Positions 58,647 to 64,000 of a DNA stretch of 64,000 bases are shown here, in pieces (the first letter of the stretch is position 1; every line of letters starts with the position of its first letter). The position numbers were made by a program, and so were the translations under genes. The notes beneath the pieces are model-generated. The model did not search any database and was not told where the DNA came from. It saw nothing but the letters and a program-made list of their open reading frames with translations. The stretch lies in NCBI GenBank assembly GCA_001916035.1, contig MNRQ01000023.1, positions 8,850 to 72,849 on the forward strand, in the 5' to 3' direction. The stretch comes from Clostridium sp. 27_14 (lineage in GTDB: Bacteria; Bacillota; Clostridia; TANB77; CAG-508).

Positions 58647-60044
58647 ATGAAAACTAAAATAGACGAAATAAATAGAAATATTTATGACATAAAAGACAAA
58701 GACAACTATGAATTTAAAATGAAAAAAGGACTAAATGAAGAAATAGTAAGAGAAATATCAAAACAAAAAAACGAACCTGAATGGATGCTAGAAATCAGAT
58801 TAAAAGCACTAGAAATGTATAAAAAATTAGAAATGCCAACATGGGGACCAGATTTATCTGAATTAAAAATGGACGAAATAGCAACATATGTAAAACCAAA
58901 AACAAACTTAAATTCAGACTGGGAAGATGTACCAGAAGACATAAAAAACACATTTGATAGACTAGGAATTCCAGAAGCAGAAAAGAAATCATTAGCAGGA
59001 GTCGGAGCCCAATACGACTCAGAGGTAGTATATCACAGCATGAAAGAAGATTTAATAAAACAAGGTGTAATATATACAGATATGGAATCAGCAGTAAGAG
59101 ACTACCCAGAAATTGTAAAAGAACACTTTATGAAATGTGTACCAATAAATGACCATAAATTTGTAGCATTACATGCAGCAGTATGGTCAGGAGGATCATT
59201 TGTATATATACCCAAAGGAGTAAAATTAGATATACCATTACAATCATATTTTAGACTAAACTCACCAGAATCAGGACAATTTGAACATACACTAATAATA
59301 GTAGACGAAGGAGCAAGTCTACATTTTATAGAAGGATGTTCAGCACCAAAATATAATAAAGTAAACTTACATGCAGGATGTGTAGAATTATATGTAAAAG
59401 ACAATGCATATTTAAGATATTCAACAATAGAAAACTGGTCAAAAAATATGATGAATTTAAACACTAAAAAAGCAATAGCAGGTAAAAACGCACAAATAGA
59501 TTGGGTAACAGGTTCATTTGGTTCAAAAATATCAATGCTATACCCAATGAGTATATTAAATGGAGAAGGAGCAAAAACAGAATATACAGGAATTACATTT
59601 GCAGGAGGAGGACAAAACCTAGACACAGGATTTAAAGTAATACATAATGCACCAAATACATCATCTGTAATAAACTCTAAATCAATATCAAAAGATGGAG
59701 GAGCTTGCACATATAGAGCACTAGTTAGAATAAATGAAAACGCCCAAAATTCAAAATGTAGTGTAAGCTGTGAATCACTTATGCTAGATGATATTTCTAG
59801 ATCTGATACAATACCTGTAAATGATATAAGAACAGATGAAGTACAATTCTCTCATGAAGCAAAAATAGGAAAAATAAGTGATAAAGCAATATTCTATTTA
59901 ATGAGTAGAGGACTATCAGAAGAAGACGCAAAAGCAATGATTGTAAGAGGATTTGCATATCCTATTTCCAAAGAATTACCAGTTGAGTATGCAGTAGAAA
60001 TGAATAATTTAATAAATTTAGAGTTAGAGGGGGCAATAGGATAA
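58647..60044 (+). CDS. sufB: Fe-S cluster assembly protein SufB
   Basis: 465 aa; EPEWMLEIRLKALE, FEHTLIIVDEGASLHFIEGCSAP, C-terminal LINLELEGAIG. Confidence 0.93.
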   Translation: MKTKIDEINRNIYDIKDKDNYEFKMKKGLNEEIVREISKQKNEPEWMLEIRLKALEMYKKLEMPTWGPDLSELKMDEIATYVKPKTNLNSDWEDVPEDIKNTFDRLGIPEAEKKSLAGVGAQYDSEVVYHSMKEDLIKQGVIYTDMESAVRDYPEIVKEHFMKCVPINDHKFVALHAAVWSGGSFVYIPKGVKLDIPLQSYFRLNSPESGQFEHTLIIVDEGASLHFIEGCSAPKYNKVNLHAGCVELYVKDNAYLRYSTIENWSKNMMNLNTKKAIAGKNAQIDWVTGSFGSKISMLYPMSILNGEGAKTEYTGITFAGGGQNLDTGFKVIHNAPNTSSVINSKSISKDGGACTYRALVRINENAQNSKCSVSCESLMLDDISRSDTIPVNDIRTDEVQFSHEAKIGKISDKAIFYLMSRGLSEEDAKAMIVRGFAYPISKELPVEYAVEMNNLINLELEGAIG

Positions 60045-61087
60045 TGGAAAAATTAAGAGTGAATAATACACCAGTAAGAACATCAAGAAACTTTTTAATT
60101 AATAATTTAGAAGTAGAACTAGAAATACCACAAAAAGATGAATTTACAAATTTAAAAATTATTAATGAAAAAAGTAACATTGATAACAATGTTTCAAATA
60201 AACCACTAACTTATGGAATGGGAAAAATTTTAGAAGAATTAAATTACGAAACTGCAAACAGCAAAATACGAATACAAACAAGTAATAAAAAAGAAAATAT
60301 ACAAATCATATATGAATTTGATGATAATAATATAAATTTAATAAACCAAATAGAAATAATTGCAAATGGAAACACAAATGTAACTATTGTATACAAATCA
60401 AAAACATCAAAAAAATGCTTTCATAATGGAATTATAAGAACAACAGTAAAAGAAAATGCACAACTTAATGTAACAATAATAAACCTATTAAATGAAGAAT
60501 CTGACAATTTAGAAGCAATAGAAAATCAATTAGAAAAAAATTCAACAACAAATTATACAATAATAGATATTGGAGCAAAGACAAGCGTTTCAAATTATTA
60601 TTCTAATATTATAGGAGAAAATGCAAAAAATGATTTAAAATCAATTTATTTAGGAATTAACAATCAAAAGAAAGACCTAAATTATATAGCAGAACTAAAA
60701 GGAGAAAGAACAAATATTGAAATAGATGTCCAAGGAGCTCTAAAAGATTCAGCCAAAAAGAATTTTAAAGGAACAATTGATTTTAAAAAAGGATGCAAAA
60801 AAGCAAAAGGAAATGAAAATGAATACTGTATGCTTTTATCAAATAAAGCAAAATCAATTGCATTGCCAATGCTTTTATGCACAGAAGAAGATGTTGAAGG
60901 AAACCATTCAACAGCATCAGGCAAAGTTGATGAAAAGCAATTATTTTATATAATGACAAGAGGATTTAGTTACAAAGAAGCGGTTAAATTAATTGTAAAA
61001 TCTAAGTTTAACAAAATCATAGACAGAATATCTGATAAAAATTTAAAAGACGAGATTATAAATGAAATTGACAAAAGACTAGATTAA
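60044..61087 (+). CDS. sufD: Fe-S cluster assembly protein SufD
   Basis: Overlaps the sufB stop (TAATG). SufBD beta-helix family; C-terminal EQLFYIMTRGFSYKEAVKLIV. Confidence 0.85.
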   Translation: MEKLRVNNTPVRTSRNFLINNLEVELEIPQKDEFTNLKIINEKSNIDNNVSNKPLTYGMGKILEELNYETANSKIRIQTSNKKENIQIIYEFDDNNINLINQIEIIANGNTNVTIVYKSKTSKKCFHNGIIRTTVKENAQLNVTIINLLNEESDNLEAIENQLEKNSTTNYTIIDIGAKTSVSNYYSNIIGENAKNDLKSIYLGINNQKKDLNYIAELKGERTNIEIDVQGALKDSAKKNFKGTIDFKKGCKKAKGNENEYCMLLSNKAKSIALPMLLCTEEDVEGNHSTASGKVDEKQLFYIMTRGFSYKEAVKLIVKSKFNKIIDRISDKNLKDEIINEIDKRLD

Positions 61088-61118
61088 AAGAGCAAAAAAG
61101 AAAGGAAATAGATTTCAA

Positions 61119-62326
61119 ATGATTTTAGAAGAAATAAAAAAAGACTTTCCACTATTAGAAAACAGAGACATAGCATACTTAGACAGTGGAGCAACCACAC
61201 AAAAACCAAAACAAGTAATAGAAGCAATAGAAAAATATTATAAAAACAATAATGCAAACCCACATAGAGGAGCATATTCACTAAGTATAGAAGCAACAGA
61301 ACAATATGAAAATACAAGAACAAAAATAGCAGAATTTATAAACGCAAAACATAGAGAAGAAATAATATTTTCTAAAAATGCAACAGAAAGTCTAAATTTA
61401 ATAGCATATTCCTATGGAATTGAAAAACTAAAAAAAGACGAAGAAGTAGTAATATCAATTATGGAACACCATTCAAATTTAGTACCATGGCAAAAAGTAA
61501 CTAAAAAAACAGGAAGCAAACTAAAATATATGTATATAAATGAAAATTATGAAATACCTGATGAAGAAATAGAAAATAAAATAACAGAAAAGACAAAAAT
61601 AGTAGGAATAACACATATATCAAATGTTTTAGGAACAATAAATAATATAAAAAAAATAATTAAATATGCACATAAAAAAGGAGCAATAGTAATAGTAGAT
61701 GCATCTCAAAGTATACCACATATAAAAATTGATGTGCAAGACTTAAACGCAGACTTTTTAGTATTTTCAGGACACATGGAATAGGAGTATTATATGGGAA
61801 AAGAGAAATACTAAATAATATGACACCATTTTTAATGGGTGGAGATATGATAGAATATGTATATGAACAAGAAACTACATTTGCACCATTGCCAAACAAA
61901 TTTGAAGCAGGAACACAAAATGTTGAAGGAGTAATAGGACTAGGAGCAGCAATTGATTATATACAAAAAATAGGATATGATAAAATACAAGAAAAGGAAA
62001 ATGAAATCATAAAATATGCAAGACAAGAACTATCAAAATTAAATTACTTAAAATTATATCTTACACCAAACTCACAAAATCATTCTAGTGTAATATCTTT
62101 TAACATAAATGGTGTACACCCACATGATGTAGCAAGTATACTTGATTCAGAAAACGTATGTGTCCGTTCAGGAAATCATTGTGCACAACCACTAATGAGA
62201 TTTTTAGGAATTGATTCTACATGTAGAGCAAGTTTTTACTTTTATAATACTAAAGAAGATGTAGACAAGTTAGTTACAGCTTTAAATAAAGCATATAAAA
62301 TGTTTGAAAAATTTATAAAAAGATAG
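61119..62326 (+). pseudogene. sufS: Cysteine desulfurase SufS, disrupted (frameshifting deletion removing the PLP-lysine segment)
   Basis: Two ORFs (61119-61784, 61820-62326) are colinear with SufS. ...DFLVFSGH is followed after 2 nt by GIGVLYGKREIL in another frame; the expected K-x-x-G-P-T is missing. The downstream part has RSGNHCAQP. Confidence 0.8.
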
Positions 62327-62368
62327 AAAGCATTTCTAACAAAAAAATATAAAAGGAGAGTAATAAAA

Positions 62369-62836
62369 TTGGAAGACCTAACAGAAGTATATAATGACTT
62401 AATAATGGAACACAGTATGAATTCATATAATAAGAAAAAATTAAAAGACGCAAACTACTGTGAAATAGGACACAATCCAAATTGTGGAGATGAAATAACA
62501 TTAGAACTAAAACTAAACAATAACATTATTGAAGATATGGCATTTTTAGGACATGGCTGTGCAATATCACAAGCGTCAACATCTATAATGATAGACACAT
62601 TAAGAGGAAAAACAATAGAACAAGCAAAAGAGATTATAAAAACATTTATAGAAATGATAAAAAGAGAAACAACAAATGAAGAGCAACTAAAAAAATTAGA
62701 AGACGCAATAGCTTTTAAAAATGTTTCGAATATGCCAGCAAGAGTAAAATGCGCATTACTAGCATGGCATACATTAGAAGACATGTTAGATAAAAACATT
62801 AATACAGGTAATGGAAATATAGACTGTTGCCATTAA
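62369..62836 (+). CDS. sufU: SufU/IscU-like Fe-S scaffold / sulfur acceptor
   Basis: TTG start after AAAGGAGAG. GHNPNCGDEITLEL, GHGCAISQAS, RVKCALLAWH. Confidence 0.85.
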   Translation: MEDLTEVYNDLIMEHSMNSYNKKKLKDANYCEIGHNPNCGDEITLELKLNNNIIEDMAFLGHGCAISQASTSIMIDTLRGKTIEQAKEIIKTFIEMIKRETTNEEQLKKLEDAIAFKNVSNMPARVKCALLAWHTLEDMLDKNINTGNGNIDCCH

Positions 62837-62888
62837 AGAAAGTTTTATTAACATATTTAAAAGCAACAGGAAAGGAAAGTATTTTTAA

Positions 62889-63947
62889 ATGGAAAATAAA
62901 AAAGTATTATTAGGAATGAGTGGAGGAGTAGACAGTAGCGTATCGGCATTGCTATTAAAAGAAAACGGATATGAACCAATAGGAATGACATTAGAGTTGT
63001 TTGCAGGTAGTAGTTGCTGTAACGTAAATACATATATAGACGCAAAAAACGTATGCAATTCAATAGGTATACCACACTTTACATATAACTGCAAAGAACA
63101 ATTTAGAAAACATGTAATACAAGATTTTATAGAATGTTATTCAAATTGTAAAACACCAAATCCATGCATAGAATGTAACAAATATATGAAATTTGGATAT
63201 ATGTGGGAAAAAGCAAAAGAAATGGAATGTAACTATATAGCAACAGGACATTATGCAAAAACAGAATATAGTGAAAAATATGGAAGATGGGTATTAAAAA
63301 AATCAAAAGCAGGAAAAAAAGACCAAAGTTATGTACTATGGAATATACCAAAAGAACTAATAGAACATGTATTATTTCCACTTTCAGATTTTGAAGATAA
63401 AGAACAAATAAGAGAAATAGCAAGAAAAAACAACTTAAAAGTAGCAAACAAACCAGATAGTGAAGATATATGTTTTGTACCAGATGGAAACTATAAAAAA
63501 TTCCTAGAAAGCAATTCAGAATTAAAACCAAAAGTAGGAAATATAGTAAACCAAAAAGGAGATATACTAGGAAAACATAGTGGATTATACAAATACACAA
63601 TAGGACAAAGAAAAGGACTAGGAATATCATATAAAGTTCCATTATTTGTAATAGGATTTAACCCACTAAAAAATGAAGTAATAGTTGGGGAAGAAAACGA
63701 ACTATATAAAAAAGAAATAATAGTAAAAGACATAAATTTATTACTATTTGATAAAATTAAAGACCAAAAAGAAGTTGAAGTAAAAACAAGATATTCCTCA
63801 AAAATGGCAAAAGCTAAAATAAGCCAAGAAACAGAAAATACCATAAAAGTAATATTTGATGAACCACAAAGAGCAATAACACCAGGGCAATCAGCAGTAT
63901 TTTATATTGATGACATAGTTGTAGGCGGAGGGAAAATTGAAGATTAA
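62889..63947 (+). CDS. mnmA: tRNA 2-thiouridine(34) synthase MnmA
   Basis: PP-loop VLLGMSGGVDSSV, NPCIECNKYMKF, ATGHYA, KDQSYVLW. Confidence 0.93.
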   Translation: MENKKVLLGMSGGVDSSVSALLLKENGYEPIGMTLELFAGSSCCNVNTYIDAKNVCNSIGIPHFTYNCKEQFRKHVIQDFIECYSNCKTPNPCIECNKYMKFGYMWEKAKEMECNYIATGHYAKTEYSEKYGRWVLKKSKAGKKDQSYVLWNIPKELIEHVLFPLSDFEDKEQIREIARKNNLKVANKPDSEDICFVPDGNYKKFLESNSELKPKVGNIVNQKGDILGKHSGLYKYTIGQRKGLGISYKVPLFVIGFNPLKNEVIVGEENELYKKEIIVKDINLLLFDKIKDQKEVEVKTRYSSKMAKAKISQETENTIKVIFDEPQRAITPGQSAVFYIDDIVVGGGKIED

Positions 63948-64000
63948 GAAAATAAAAAAGAATTAAAAAACGGAACAAAAATAGTTAGAAAAAATTAAAA

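Overview
This is a very AT-rich window (judged by eye, not computed) from a low-GC, endospore-forming Firmicute that looks Clostridia-like; spoIIP, gpr, sspH and a ytxC-like gene are present. It is almost entirely core housekeeping DNA. About 52 of 59 protein genes lie on the + strand, whose degenerate positions are strikingly A-rich.

Gene order:
- Two coiled-coil M23 peptidases, then ctpA, pgsA, greA, rpsO, pnp, queA, tgt, a WG-repeat protein and spoIIP.
- A minus-strand block: ytxC-like, GH57 glucan branching enzyme, DUF4912.
- An orphan short FtsZ paralog.
- asp23, amaP, DUF2273, nusB, xseA, an inserted ORF, xseB, DUF212, fhs, gpr.
- rpsB, tsf, a DHH islet, pyrH, frr, ispA, uppS, cdsA, rseP, polC.
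- Two minus-strand genes: a small ORF and an M23 peptidase.
- A T-box leader with pheST, then yqeG, a prepilin peptidase, an M24 peptidase, efp and tRNA-Trp.
- A small accessory islet, then a T-box leader with glyQS, sspH, lexA, and tetR with two ABC exporters.
- dtxR-like regulator, sufCBD, sufS, sufU, mnmA.

No IS elements, integrases, prophage genes or CRISPR arrays were seen.

The most interesting signal is non-coding. Just downstream of tRNA-Trp lies a convergent pair made of a 25-codon hydrophobic peptide gene and a ~120-nt RNA. They share a bidirectional terminator and a 15-nt complementarity over the start of the peptide ORF, which is a type I toxin-antitoxin-like module with par/Fst-like architecture.

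Other notable points:
- A dispersed GC-stemmed hairpin/repeat family.
- rseP has no canonical start codon and no PDZ domain.
- sufS is disrupted by a deletion that removes the PLP-lysine segment.
- A compositionally foreign, frameshifted DHH gene sits inside the rpsB-tsf-pyrH-frr cluster.
- polC carries a tandemly duplicated OB domain.

All functional calls rest on motifs and family recognition by eye. No database search or computation was possible.
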